Shown here: in pieces, positions 18,743 through 30,700 of the stretch | How positions within the stretch are numbered: position 1 is the stretch's first letter | How the letters are laid out: every line of letters begins with the position of its first letter | Assembly (NCBI GenBank): GCA_963836185.1 | Contig: CAWIIQ010000001.1 | Location: 480,001 to 544,000 of the forward strand | Source: Candidatus Krumholzibacteriia bacterium | GTDB taxonomy: Bacteria > Krumholzibacteriota > Krumholzibacteriia > Krumholzibacteriales > Krumholzibacteriaceae | Direction: 5' to 3' | DNA: 64,000 nt | Program-made: the position numbers and the translations under genes | Notes under the pieces: model-generated | What the model was told of the DNA's origin: nothing | Database searches by the model: none | The model's input: the letters and a program-made list of their open reading frames with translations, nothing else

Positions 18743-21310
18743 TCACCTGATGATCACGAATTTCCCTATCGTTCGCTTGAACTGCCCGTCCGAGGGGTCG
18801 ACCGCGTATATGTATACTCCGCTCGTGACGTCCTGGCCGTTCCTTGATAGAAGGTCCCATCGCAGGGTGCCGTCTCCATTGCTTCCATCATGATAGAGCG
18901 ACTGGACGAGATCGCCCGAGACGGTGAATATCCTTACCGTACTCCGGCACCGGGGGAGATTTCTGAACTCGCACTTGAGCCCCGTTGGATCGGCGTTGTT
19001 CGGTTCAAGCCTCCACGGGTCCATGCTGTCCGAAGTGACGGGATTCGGCACGACGTAGATCTCTTTGCTTTCAAATCCGCCTGGTTCCTGCGCGTCCGAT
19101 CTCGCTTCGATGTACTGGAAGTTTGACATCGGCGAATCGTACAATCCCGGCTCCATCCGACCCTTCATCAGCTCCCGGTGGTCGAAGGCGACGACCGAGT
19201 AGAAGTAGGGCAGCCCGTTCTTGGCCATCCTGTCGAAGTACCTGTAATAGCTTCTGCCGCCCTCGAATCCCAGGCTGCGCCTGGCCATCGCCTCGAGGGT
19301 GTCGCACTCTTCCTCTTCCAGGCCGGGTGGGCAGGGTACCGTATCAAGGGGAGCGTACCTGACGCTGGCCTCGAACATGTCCAGATACTTCTGCCGGTCC
19401 CTGAGGTAGTTGAGCGGCTCGTATTCCCATCCCCCCTCCTCGAACGGCATCTTGAATGCATCGTTGGGCGGGACATCGTTGACGATGTCTCTGCTTTCGA
19501 GAAGGGTCCAGAGCTTCCTGGCAGGGCCACTCGCCTCCGATGTGCCGAAGGGCCTGTGCCAGTCGTCCGCACGGTATACCAGGTAACCCTCGAAATCCTG
19601 CAAAAGGGTGAACTGGTCAGGGATCACTTCGCTGAGATCATCCCACAACACAGAGACCAGTCCGTCTCCGGGAACAAGTCTCATGTTCGGGGGCACAGGA
19701 GCCGAGCTCACAACCCACGGGACATGGCTTTCCTTGCCGTCGACTCCCGTCATGTAGAACCGCAGGTCCGCATCCCACTTCTTGTAGCATCCTAAATACC
19801 CGAAAATCCATTGTTCCTCTCTGCAGTCAGCGTTGACGTAGCATGAGTCCTTTCCTGGAAGGTCGATCACCCATTCAGGATGGTTGCAGGGGTCGGGCCT
19901 CAACATCTCGATCGGTCCCCATACGACCCGTTCCCGACCATCGACCCCTGTCTCGGGGTTCCGGTCGGCGTCGGCATAGAGGCCCTGGTAAGCCGCTACC
20001 GCGGCTGCGGCATTCTTGATCAGGCCGGACATCTTCTCGCCCCCTACGAATGCCAACTTGAACTTGAACTCATCTCCCGGTTCCAGCTCGGGGACGACGA
20101 AGTATGAAAAAAGAAGCCTGTAATCACCAGGTGTCGCCGTGTCCTCGGGGCTGTTCCAGTCGCTCATCACCTGGTAGCGCTCGTAGTCGTTTGTAGGCTC
20201 TCCTCCGCTTTCAAAGGGGAGCAGCCCCCTGAAGTGCCTCACCTTTCTGGTGCCCACCTCGGCCAGTTTGCCCGGAGTGAAGCCGTAGTAGGCTGCCTGT
20301 GGATCTTCGACAAGCACAATGCCGAAATAGCCGTCCGTCAAACCGTTGTCGCCGTCATCGTCATAGACGTAGATGAGGTTTATCTTGACCGGGACCTCGT
20401 ACCCTCCTTTTCGCGCGCAGCCGACGCCCCTCCACGTTCCGAGCATGTCGTCGAGGTAGTAACTGTCGTACTGGCGGGGGCCGGCATCCAGGTCGGCGTA
20501 AAGGCCGACATAGACGTCCTGCAGATAGCTGTCTCCGATGTTCTTGATGACGTAGCTTACGGCGACGAAGTTTCCGAGGTAATCGCCCCCCCACTGGTAT
20601 GTCTCCTGCCTTACCATCAATCCCATCGGCTCGTGCTCGGGGTATATGGTGGAGGCGACTGCCTGGTCATCGGTATACCAGCAGGAGAACATCTGGTTTC
20701 CACTGGCGGCAAAATCCTCGTCGATCAGGCCGTCGCCGTCATCGTCCATGCCGTTGAGCCAGTCCTCGTCGATCAGGCCGTCGCCGTCGTCGTCGGGCCA
20801 GTTCGGGAACCGCATGCCTCCCGGGTCGCCTTCCGCCGCCCGGTAGATCACATCCCGGGGATCATTAGTGGGATAGAACTCGGTCTCCGGGTAACCCGTC
20901 GAGACTACAGGCTGGCCGTTCTTGAGCGCTCCGACCCATATCCCCGCGGCGTAGAGGAATTCTACGCCGGATCCCGCGGGGTACTGGGCGGATGGAGACT
21001 CTGACATCGGGTAGCGGCTGCCCGGCAGTGAGCCGAAGAACCCCCAGTTGGTGACGTTCATCTGGAGCTCTCCGATGTTGTGAACGTATGTCCCGTCAAG
21101 GTTGATAGTGCGGACCGGGCCGGTGTTCTTTGTCTCGGGCCAGGGGTCGCGGCGCTCAGCTTCCAGGCTGGTTGCGGGAAAGAGTATGATGACCGCAAGG
21201 CAGGCTGTGATAAGGAATCTTGACGCGGAGGCTGGCCTGACGCCTGTCCAGCGTCCGGGCATTTCGTTCTTACTACGGGCAGACATGCGAGACTCCATTG
21301 ACGGCGTCAT
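18743..21310 (-). CDS. Secreted surface protein with DxDxDG Ca-binding repeats and a T9SS/FlgD-like C-terminal domain
   Basis: Signal peptide; DDDGDGLIDED twice; C-terminal YVVPNP...RIFTVSGDLV...WDL...SGVYIY...GKFVIIR*. Confidence 0.8.
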   Translation of the reverse strand: MTPSMESRMSARSKNEMPGRWTGVRPASASRFLITACLAVIILFPATSLEAERRDPWPETKNTGPVRTINLDGTYVHNIGELQMNVTNWGFFGSLPGSRYPMSESPSAQYPAGSGVEFLYAAGIWVGALKNGQPVVSTGYPETEFYPTNDPRDVIYRAAEGDPGGMRFPNWPDDDGDGLIDEDWLNGMDDDGDGLIDEDFAASGNQMFSCWYTDDQAVASTIYPEHEPMGLMVRQETYQWGGDYLGNFVAVSYVIKNIGDSYLQDVYVGLYADLDAGPRQYDSYYLDDMLGTWRGVGCARKGGYEVPVKINLIYVYDDDGDNGLTDGYFGIVLVEDPQAAYYGFTPGKLAEVGTRKVRHFRGLLPFESGGEPTNDYERYQVMSDWNSPEDTATPGDYRLLFSYFVVPELEPGDEFKFKLAFVGGEKMSGLIKNAAAAVAAYQGLYADADRNPETGVDGRERVVWGPIEMLRPDPCNHPEWVIDLPGKDSCYVNADCREEQWIFGYLGCYKKWDADLRFYMTGVDGKESHVPWVVSSAPVPPNMRLVPGDGLVSVLWDDLSEVIPDQFTLLQDFEGYLVYRADDWHRPFGTSEASGPARKLWTLLESRDIVNDVPPNDAFKMPFEEGGWEYEPLNYLRDRQKYLDMFEASVRYAPLDTVPCPPGLEEEECDTLEAMARRSLGFEGGRSYYRYFDRMAKNGLPYFYSVVAFDHRELMKGRMEPGLYDSPMSNFQYIEARSDAQEPGGFESKEIYVVPNPVTSDSMDPWRLEPNNADPTGLKCEFRNLPRCRSTVRIFTVSGDLVQSLYHDGSNGDGTLRWDLLSRNGQDVTSGVYIYAVDPSDGQFKRTIGKFVIIR

Positions 21311-21511
21311 GGTGTAGTCTGTTGTAGTCGGGTTATCGCGGTCCGGCTGGATATAATATAGCAGATATTTCCAGGAAGGTAAATGTTGAACGGGTCGTCA
21401 ATGCCTTACCGAACGACTGTGTTCTGTCTGCTTGCGGAGCCTGGTTCTCTGTGATATAGGTAAGTAAGGGCATCAGGGACAACAGAAAATAATCAAAAAG
21501 GAACCTGCCGT

Positions 21512-23929
21512 ATGATCGGCAAAAAAGTCTCACATTACGAGATAACCGGGAAACTCGGCGAAGGCGGGATGGGCGTCGTATACGAGGCTTACGATACCGT
21601 TCTCAAACGCAAGGTCGCGCTGAAGTTTCTGCCGGCAGGTCTTACTTCCGACGATGAAACACGCAAGCGATTCGTTCGCGAGGCGCAGGCCGCCGCAGCC
21701 CTCAATCATCCCAATATCTGCACCGTCCACGAGATCGGCGAGGACGATGGGCATATCTTCATCGTTATGCCCTGCATCGAAGGGGCCGGCCTGGCGGGGA
21801 GGCTCAAGGAGGGGCCGCTGTCCGTTGATGACGCGCTCGACATAGCGATACAGGCCGGCAAGGGCCTTGCCAGGGCTCACAAGAGCGATATCGTACACCG
21901 CGACATAAAGCCGGGGAACATCCTGCTGACAGAAGACGGCCATGTGAAGATCGTAGACTTCGGCCTGGCGAAGCTCGGTTCGATGACGAAGATGACTGTG
22001 GTCGGCACGACGATGGGAACTGCAGGCTACATGTCACCCGAGCAGGCGAGGGGGGACGATGTCGACCACCGTTCCGATATCTGGGCGCTGGGCGTCGTGC
22101 TCTACGAGATGCTGACCGGCAGCATGCCGTTCCGCGGTGAAGTCGACGCGGCGGTGATCTACTCTATAATGAACGAGGAGCCCGAGCTCCTCGCTGAGGC
22201 CTGTCCCGGATGTCCCGCTGAGCTCCTCGAGATAATAAGCACCGCGCTGGCGAAGGAACCTGGCGAACGGTTCCAGTCGATAGGCGAGATGGTTAAGCGC
22301 TGGAAGCAGTACGCGGCGGCAGGAGTGTTCCGGCAGTAAAGAGACCGTCCGGCGCGTCATGGGAGACGTATCGACCGTCGCATACCCGCGAGTATCATCA
22401 CGATCGTGGTGATTGTCGCTGCCGTGTTAGGGTACTGGTTTCTCAAGCCGGGGCAGAGTATCGAGTCGATAGCGGTGCTTCCCATCATCGATCTGTCGGG
22501 AGAAAATGAGGCGGGTGGCTTTGCCGACCAGATGACCGGCGTTCTGATCAACGAACTCGGTCAGATCAAGTCTATCCGGTGGACCAGCCACCGGACTTCG
22601 ATGACATACAGGGACTCAGACAAGTCGACCGATGAGATAGCCGATGAACTGGGAGTGGATGCGGTAGTTGAAGGAGAACTTCTGACAGATGGCACACATA
22701 TGACTCTTTCGCTGCGGCTTGTCGAGACAGATCCTGAACGTCAGATCTGGAACGAGCAGTACAAGCGGACCCTGACGGCGAACTTCACTCTTTACAGCGA
22801 TATAGCGATGGATTTCGCGAAAAAGCTCGGTGCCATGATCAGTCCGGAGGCAGCAGCCGCGATGGCAGCCCGCCGTGATGTGGATCCTGAAGCAAATGAA
22901 GCATACGGAAGAGGGATCTACCTGCTCGGTACATTCATTAATGCCGGAGAGGGAACCGAAGAGAGAAAAAGAGCTGAGCAGGCACTCGAGTATTTCAGGA
23001 CATCGGTTGAGATCGACTCGACGTTTGCCAAGGGATGGGCAGGTCTGGCTGAGGCTTACATCAGGCTCTCCCACGCCAACACTCCATATCCCGGCGCGGT
23101 GGAAAATGCTCTCGAAGCTGTAAATCGGGCACTCGAACTGGACGATGCGCTGGGAGAGGCATATTTTACCAGGGCCCATATACTGTGGGAACATGTCTGG
23201 GATCAGGATGGCGCCAGGGATGATTTCCAGAAGGCTTTCGAGCTCAATCCATCGAATGCGTACGGGTATATGATCTACTCGTACTATCTGCAGGCCTGGA
23301 GAAGGTTCGACGAGTCCGCAGATGCCGCCGTGCAGTCCGTCAGGCTCGATCCGGCCTCATATATGCTCGGTATGGCCGCTCATCAACCGCTCTCCTTTGC
23401 CGGGAGAGTCGAAGCGGCCATATCCCAGCTAAGGAAGATCAGAGAGATGCATCCTGAGAAGATAGATGAGATAGAAGTTCTGGCGTGGACGCGAGCTGTC
23501 TATCGCTCAAACAGGCTTTGCGATGAGGCTATCGAGGTACATGAAAGGATATGGAATCTTCAGAAAGAAGAACTGAAAGACAGCAGTGAAGCTGTGATCG
23601 AGAGGGAAAGACTGGAATACCTATGGCAGCTTGGTATGTTTCATTCCGATGCCGGGGACATCGAGGAGGCGGAGCGTCTCTGGAACGAGGTCCTCAGTGT
23701 CGTGGATATCGATACTATTGAAAAAGAGAATCCATCAGCTGCAGCTCAATACTACATGCACCACGGCGATAACGACCTGATGTTCAGGATTCTGGAGAAG
23801 ATGTACGAAGAGAAGAGTATGTGGGTGACTCGAGTAACGTCTCTCCCTATTTACGATCGCCTCCGCGACGATCCGAGATATGAGGACCTCCAGAAAAGGC
23901 TGGGGTTGTACCCGTCCGCCGACCAGTAG
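21512..23929 (+). CDS. Ser/Thr protein kinase - TM - TolB-like N domain - TPR protein; two frameshifts at about 22295-22365
   Basis: [31 protein letters not shown]; then TM, SIAVLP and TPR repeats ending LRDDPRY. Confidence 0.85.
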
Positions 23930-23943
23930 CCCGGGATCCGGCT

Positions 23944-25365
23944 CTACCTGACCAGCTTGACACCCTTTCCGTCGACAAATCCCTTCGCTATCTCCCACGC
24001 CTTGTCCCTGGTCGTCACGTCCGGGTAGTCCGGCAGGCCGGTGATACCCTTCGCGGCGAACATCCGCGCGACTTCGAGGCGGACCTTGTGGGCTTCAACT
24101 GCCGACTCGCCGACTATCCGCAGGTATTCCTGCGGGGCGTGGAAGCCCATCCCGTTGTTCGAGGAGCAGTAGTCCCACCTGAACTGGGCGTGGCGGAGCA
24201 TCTGCCTGATGCCGTAAAGCTCATCGTCGGTCGCACCTGCCTGGACAGCTGCCGCGACGTCGAAGTGGGCCCTTACGAGCGCGTCCTCCGCTGCCATCCT
24301 CGCGTTGAAGCACCTCGTCTGGATCTCCTCGACGCGGCTCTTGACCTCTTCTTCTGTCCAGCGGTGGCAGACCGCGCAGCTGTTTGCGATGTTCAGCAGC
24401 GGGCTCTGAGCGTGGTGGTCGGAGTGCTTGACGCCGCCTTCGGCAACGTAAGGCATGTGGCAGTCGGCGCACGAGACGTTCCTGTATGCGTGGATACCCA
24501 TCGAGAACATCTCGTAGTCGGGGTGCTGCGACTTGATGATCGGCGTGCCAGATACGGGGTGGACCCAGTCGTGGAAAGCGTATTCGTCGTAGTACTCGAT
24601 CATGTCGTCGACCGTCTTCCCCTTTTCCCACGGGAAGGTCAGATAGGCCTTCTTTCCCTCCGCTTCATCATTGAGAAAGTAGTACTCGACGTGGCACTGC
24701 GCGCAGACGAGCGAACGCATCTCCTGGTGGGTCGCGTCGTCTATGTCCTGTCCCGCCGCGGCGAACGCCTCCCTCAGCGCGGGCCGGGTGATGATAAGGC
24801 CCATCGTCTCGGGATCGTGGCAGTCGCGGCAGCCGATAGGATTGACGATCTCGTCCTTGAGGTCATGGAAGTTCGAGGCGTAGAACTCCCTGATGCCCAT
24901 CTTCTCCATCATCCGTGGGACATCGGGGCTCTTGCAGGTCCAGCATGTCGCTTCGTTGAAAGGGGTCTTGATCCGTTTCGTGTTCGTAACATCGTCGATC
25001 GCGTGGTAATGGCCCCTGGCCTGGAGGTAATCCTTACTGAATCCGTACCCGGCAAAGAGGATCACCTGTAAGGGATCGTCCTCGAGGTAGTCGCGCGGGT
25101 ATGCCCCGCCGAATTTTGTCTCTGTATCGTCGATCTGAGTCCTCAGCCACGAATCGTACTCACTGGGGTAGTTCTCTCCCCACACGGCGTTGTCCGTCTC
25201 CCACTCGTCGAGCGGGACGACGGCTATCGCGGGGCGCTGCGCCTCCCAGCGGTGCTCCATTATAGAGAAGCCGAGGATGCCGAGAAGCACGACGACCACG
25301 GCGAGCAGTACGATGATAAGTGTCCCCGCCCAGAGGGGGAGTTTCGGGCTGGATTTGTCGCTCAT
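23944..25365 (-). CDS. nrfA: Ammonia-forming cytochrome c nitrite reductase, catalytic subunit
   Basis: CWTCK Lys-ligated heme motif plus CRDCH, CAQCHVEY, CADCH and CAVCH; also KSQHPDYE and GFHAP. Confidence 0.96.
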   Translation of the reverse strand: MSDKSSPKLPLWAGTLIIVLLAVVVVLLGILGFSIMEHRWEAQRPAIAVVPLDEWETDNAVWGENYPSEYDSWLRTQIDDTETKFGGAYPRDYLEDDPLQVILFAGYGFSKDYLQARGHYHAIDDVTNTKRIKTPFNEATCWTCKSPDVPRMMEKMGIREFYASNFHDLKDEIVNPIGCRDCHDPETMGLIITRPALREAFAAAGQDIDDATHQEMRSLVCAQCHVEYYFLNDEAEGKKAYLTFPWEKGKTVDDMIEYYDEYAFHDWVHPVSGTPIIKSQHPDYEMFSMGIHAYRNVSCADCHMPYVAEGGVKHSDHHAQSPLLNIANSCAVCHRWTEEEVKSRVEEIQTRCFNARMAAEDALVRAHFDVAAAVQAGATDDELYGIRQMLRHAQFRWDYCSSNNGMGFHAPQEYLRIVGESAVEAHKVRLEVARMFAAKGITGLPDYPDVTTRDKAWEIAKGFVDGKGVKLVR

Positions 25366-25928
25366 CGATTCGATCCCTTTCTTTTTCGGCTTATGCCGGC
25401 CGGGGGTAATTTCGGCCTCAGCACGGCATCGGACGACGACAGGCTCTTTACTTGTATATGTATATTCGTATGGCAGTCCCAGCAGGTCCGTTCCCCGGAC
25501 CCGGCGAGCCGGATCATCGAGAACGAGCTGCCGTGACAGCGCAGGCAGTTCTGCTGTATGACGGGGATGGCTTCATGCGAGAGCTCGATGACCTGCGGTT
25601 CGGCGCCTGCTGTGAAGATCGCAGAGTGCTTCATCCCGTCGGTTGCCTTGAAGCGGTTCATCGCGACGATATTCTGATGGGGGAGATGACAGTCTGTGCA
25701 TACGGCCGCCGTGCCGTGGCTGCCCCGCTGCCAGCTCGCGTAGGCGTCGGTCATCACGTGGCAGTTGGCGCAGGTCTCCGGTTCCTTGTTGAGGTACGAC
25801 ATCGCGCGTGAGGAGCGGATAAGCAGGGCAGCCATACCTATGGAGATTCCGGCCAGGGCGTAGATAGTCACCTGCATGCCTCGCGGCAGGCCTTCGAGCC
25901 TTAAGAGAGTTCTGATATAAGAGAGCAT
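25362..25928 (-). CDS. nrfH: Cytochrome c nitrite reductase small subunit (NapC/NirT-type tetraheme)
   Basis: N-terminal TM helix; CANCH, CTDCH, CLRCH and CWDCH; overlaps the nrfA start. Confidence 0.95.
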   Translation of the reverse strand: MLSYIRTLLRLEGLPRGMQVTIYALAGISIGMAALLIRSSRAMSYLNKEPETCANCHVMTDAYASWQRGSHGTAAVCTDCHLPHQNIVAMNRFKATDGMKHSAIFTAGAEPQVIELSHEAIPVIQQNCLRCHGSSFSMIRLAGSGERTCWDCHTNIHIQVKSLSSSDAVLRPKLPPAGISRKRKGSNR

Positions 25929-26003
25929 GATCTGAAGAGGATACTACATGGACAGTCTGACTGATTCAATGGGTAATTGAGTTGATGCTGGCACCTTTTT
26001 CGA

Positions 26004-26018
26004 TTATCTTATAGATAA
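26004..26018. promoter_or_regulatory. Palindrome, candidate operator between nrfH and the MarR gene
   Basis: TTATCT-TAT-AGATAA. Confidence 0.35.
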
Positions 26019-26059
26019 GCGGCACTTCCCGAAATAGAAACAATCCAGGCGGTGATGAA

Positions 26060-26563
26060 ATGAACCTGATCACGGAAATGGGAGCGTTCGCGTTCGCGAG
26101 CAGGCTGATGCGTCTCTCCGAGAGGCTCAAGTCAGAGGTCTCGACGGTCTACCATTCGTGCGGGATGGATTTCGACGATCACTGGTTCCTCGTTGGGTAC
26201 ATGCTGGCGGACCAGTCCAGCATGACGGTGGCCGACATGGCCTCGCAGCTCGGCGTCGCTCGGCCGCGGATCACCAGGATGATAGAGGAGATGGTCACAC
26301 ATGGGCTCGTCAGGCTGGAGAGCGATCCGGAGGAGCCGGGGCAGAAGTGTGTGTCGCTGACCGACGACGGGGAGGAGACGGTCACCGAGTTGAAGGCGAT
26401 CTGGCAGGCTGTCGGGGAAGCTACATCCGAGCTTATATCCGAATCACATCCGGAACTTCTCGAGGCGATAACAAAGATGGAGAAAGGCCTCGATGACAGG
26501 TCCCTTTTCAGCCGCGTCTCGTCCAGGATCAACAGCTGCGAGGACAAGTTCGGCGACGGGTAG
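26060..26563 (+). CDS. MarR family transcriptional regulator
   Basis: ASRLMRLSERL...MTVADMASQLGVARPRITRMI...LTDDG. Confidence 0.88.
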   Translation: MNLITEMGAFAFASRLMRLSERLKSEVSTVYHSCGMDFDDHWFLVGYMLADQSSMTVADMASQLGVARPRITRMIEEMVTHGLVRLESDPEEPGQKCVSLTDDGEETVTELKAIWQAVGEATSELISESHPELLEAITKMEKGLDDRSLFSRVSSRINSCEDKFGDG

Positions 26564-26673
26564 GGTTTCGGATTCATTCAACTTCAGTCCAGGTAACCGG
26601 TTACATTTTAGTGCTTGCAAGGGGGCGCCCTTGTGCCTATTGTCCCACCAGTTTGTGTCGAAACGGGAGGTAG

Positions 26674-27744
26674 ATGGGCCGGATCAGATTAGTCCTCGCG
26701 GATGGAACCCAGTTCAACGGTGAATCATTCGGCGCTCAAAAAGCCGTCAGCGGGGAAGTAGTTTTCAATACCGGGATGGTCGGCTACCCCGAAAGCCTCA
26801 CAGATCCTTCATACCGCGGACAGATTCTCGTAATGACATATCCACTCGTCGGTAACTACGGAGTTCCGGGCGATGAGGCCGCCGACGGCATGCGGAAGTA
26901 TTTCGAATCGGCGCGTATACAGGCGAGCGGGCTCGTTGTGGCCGAACATTCGACAGAGTACTCGCACTGGAACGCGGTGAAGTCACTTTCCGAATGGCTT
27001 TCGGAGGAGAGGATCCCCGGGATAAGCGGTATCGATACGCGAGCGCTTACCAGGCTCCTGCGGGAACGCGGGACCGTGCCGGGGAAGATCGTTCCGGCTG
27101 ATGATCCAGGTTCAGCTGACATCCCCTTCGACGATCCGAATACGCGAAACCTCGTCGCCGAGGTGAGCGTCGGCGAACCGGTCCTCTACAGGCGGGGGCC
27201 GCGCAGGGTGGTGCTCGTCGACTGCGGCACGAAGAACAATATCGTCCGCTCATTCCTCAAAAGAGATATCACTGTCCTCAGGGTGCCTTGGGATCATCCT
27301 TTCGATGAAGAGGAGGCGGACGGGTTCGTCCTCTCCAACGGCCCCGGTGATCCGAAGATGTGCGTCGAGACGATCGACCGCGCGAGGGAACTCCTCGGCG
27401 GCGATATCCCCGTGCTGGGGATCTGTCTCGGATCGCAGATCATGGCGCTGGCCGCGGGGGCCGATACATACAAGCTGAGGTACGGGCACAGAGGCCAGAA
27501 CCAGCCCTGCGTCGAGTCGGGCACGAGGCGGTGCCGCATCACCTCGCAGAACCACGGGTATGCCGTTGACACGCGCACGATCCCGCAGGACTGGCGGGAG
27601 TGGTTCATCAACAGCAACGACGGGACGAACGAGGGGCTGGTGCATATCTCGAAACCGTTCTTCGGCGTGCAGTTCCACCCCGAAGCGTCGCCGGGGCCGG
27701 ACGATACGGACTTTATCTTCGACATGTTCGTGAGGGCGCTATGA
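26674..27744 (+). CDS. carA: Carbamoyl-phosphate synthase small subunit
   Basis: GEVVFNTGMVGYPESLTDPSY, SNGPGDP, GICLG, SQNHGY, QFHPEASPGP. Confidence 0.97.
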   Translation: MGRIRLVLADGTQFNGESFGAQKAVSGEVVFNTGMVGYPESLTDPSYRGQILVMTYPLVGNYGVPGDEAADGMRKYFESARIQASGLVVAEHSTEYSHWNAVKSLSEWLSEERIPGISGIDTRALTRLLRERGTVPGKIVPADDPGSADIPFDDPNTRNLVAEVSVGEPVLYRRGPRRVVLVDCGTKNNIVRSFLKRDITVLRVPWDHPFDEEEADGFVLSNGPGDPKMCVETIDRARELLGGDIPVLGICLGSQIMALAAGADTYKLRYGHRGQNQPCVESGTRRCRITSQNHGYAVDTRTIPQDWREWFINSNDGTNEGLVHISKPFFGVQFHPEASPGPDDTDFIFDMFVRAL

Positions 27745-30700
27745 TCGCTGCACGGGAAAAGCAGGTTAAGACGGTCCTGATACTCGGTTCGGGCGCTATA
27801 CGTATCGGCCAGGCGGGCGAGTTCGACTACTCGGGCAGCCAGGCGATAAAGGCGCTGAAGGAGGAGGGCGTCAGGACGATCCTTATCAATCCGAACATCG
27901 CCACTATACAGACATCGGAGCAGCTAGCCGACGAGGTCTATTTTCTTCCCATCACGGCTGAGTTCGCCGAGAGAGTCATCGAGAAAGAAAGACCCGACGG
28001 AATCCTCCTCGGATTCGGGGGGCAGACGGCCCTCAACGTAGGTGTCGAGCTCGCCGGTAACGGGGCCCTCGAGCGCCACGGCGTGCGTGTGCTGGGGACG
28101 CCGGTCGAGGCGATACTCAACACCGAGGACAGGGAACTGTTCACCGGCAAGCTGAACGAGATAGGCCTGAAGACTCCTTACGGGAAGGCTGTATCGAGTG
28201 TCGATGAGGCGGTCGCGGCGGCCCGTGAGGTCGGCTATCCGGTGATGTGCCGGATCGCGTACGCGCTCGGCGGCCTCGGATCGGGGATCGCCCGCGACGA
28301 GAAAGACCTGATCCGCCTGGTGACCAAGGCCCTGTCGCACACCGACCAGGTCCTGGTAGAGGAATACCTCAAGGGGTGGAAAGAGATCGAGTACGAGGTC
28401 GTGCGCGATGAGGACGACAACTGCATCGTCGTCTGCACGATGGAGAACATCGATCCGATGGGGATCCACACCGGGGAGAGCATCGTCGTAGCCCCGATGC
28501 AGACTCTCAGCGCCCGGGAATATTTCAATCTGCGCAAGATAGCGATTGAAACGATAAGGCACCTCGGGATCGTCGGCGAGTGCAACATACAGTATGCCCT
28601 CGACCCTCACTCGGAGGATTATCGCATAATAGAGGTCAACGCGAGGTTGAGCCGCAGTTCCGCTCTAGCGTCGAAGGCTACCGGCTACCCGCTCGCCGCT
28701 ATCGCGGCGAAGCTAGCGCTGGGGCGCAGCCTGACAGAGCTTGAGAACGCCGTGACGAGAAGCACATCGGCATGCTTCGAACCGGCTCTTGACTATATAG
28801 TCCTGAAATATCCCCGCTGGGACCTGCAGAAGTTCAAGAACGTAAGCGAGTCGCTCGGCTCCGAGATGAAATCGGTCGGCGAGGTAATGGCGATGGGGAG
28901 GAGTTTCGAGGAGGTCCTGCAGAAGGCGATCCGGATGCTCGATGTGGGAGTGGCGGGACTGAATGGATTCAGGGATTATTTCGACGATATTGACGGCGAA
29001 CTCGAGAAACCGACCGACAAGAGGCTCTTCGCGATCGCCGAGGCGATGCGTCGGGGCCGCTCCGTCGACGAGATCGCCGGCCTGACCGGTGTTAACAGGT
29101 GGTTCCTTCACAAGATCCGGAACATCGTGGATGTGGAGCGCGAGTTTTCCGGCGTCGTCATCGATGATATGGATGAGGAACTGCTCCGCCGGGCGAAGAA
29201 AAAGGGCTTTTCCGATCTCCAGATAGCCGGACTGACCGGATGCTCCGGGGCCGAAGTGCGGGAGAAGAGAAAGAGTCTCTCGATTGAGCCGGTGATCAAA
29301 CAGATTGATACGCTCGCCGCCGAGTACCCGGCGCAGACGAATTACCTATACCTCACATATAACGGCACGGATGACGACATCGAGCTCACGTCGAAAAACA
29401 GCGTGGCAGTGATCGGCGGAGGGCCGTACAGGATCGGATCGTCTGTCGAGTTCGACTGGTGCTGCGTCAACTCGATCCTCACCCTGGCCGATCTCGGCTA
29501 CAGCACGGTCATGATCAACTGCAATCCCGAGACGGTCAGCACCGATTACGATATATGCGACAGGCTCTATTTCGAGGAGCTCACGCTTGAGCGGGTCCTC
29601 GACATCTGCGAGAAGGAATCGCCCGCCGGCGTGATCGTTTCGATGGGAGGGCAGATCCCCAACAACATGGCTGCGGCCCTGTCTGAAGCGGGAGTGGCTG
29701 TTCGCGGCACCTCGCCCGGGGACATCAACCGGGCAGAGAACAGGCATGTCTTCTCGCGCCTGCTCGACGAGCTCGGGATCGTACAGCCTCCGTGGAAGGA
29801 GCTCACCAGCCTCGAAGAGGTCGAGGAGTTCGCGGACAGGATCGGGTACCCGGTGCTGATCCGGCCGAGCTTCGTTCTCAGCGGCGCCGCTATGAGTGTC
29901 GCGCTCAACAGGGACGAGCTGGCCGACTATCTCGAGAAGGCTTCGGACCTGGGCAGGGACCATCCCGTCGTCATCACAAAATTCATGACGGGGGCGAAAG
30001 AGATCGATATAGACGCCGTCGGGATGGATGGCGAGCTTTACTGTTATGCGATATCGGAGCATGTCGAGAATGCCGGCGTTCACTCGGGGGACGCAACCCT
30101 CGTGCTGCCGCCGCAGAGGACCTACCTCGAGACGATGAGAAAGATCAAGACGATCGCCCGCAAGATCGCCCGGGCCCTGAATATCACAGGCCCGTTCAAC
30201 ATACAGTTCCTCGCCGTGAACAACGACGTCAGCGTGATCGAATGCAATCTGCGCGCTTCGAGGTCGTTCCCCTTCGTATCTAAGGTCTTCAGGATGAACT
30301 TTATCGACCTGGCGACGAGGATCATCATGGGCGAGAAGTTGCCCGGTATCGACAGGTCGTCGTTCGACCTCGACTACGTCGGAGTGAAGGCCCCGCAGTT
30401 TTCGTTCACAAGGCTGAAAGGCTCCGACCCCGTCACTGATGTCGAGATGACATCGACCGGTGAGGTCGCCTGCCTCGGCGACGATTTCAACGAAGCCTTC
30501 CTCAAGAGCCTCCTGTCGGTGGGATTCAGGATACCGGAGAGATCGGTGCTCGTGTCGGCAGGGCCTATCGACACCAAGGCGTACATGCTCGGAAGCGTCA
30601 AGGTCTTCGCCGATGCAGGCCTGAAGCTGTACGCGACCCGCGGTACGGCCGAGTTCCTCGATAAAAACGGGATCGAGGCGGAGATCCTGCGCTGGCCCCT

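Noticed and set aside
22290-22410. Programmed frameshifting or separate kinase and TPR genes
   Set aside because: No slippery heptamer or stimulatory structure seen; the indels match the window-wide error pattern.
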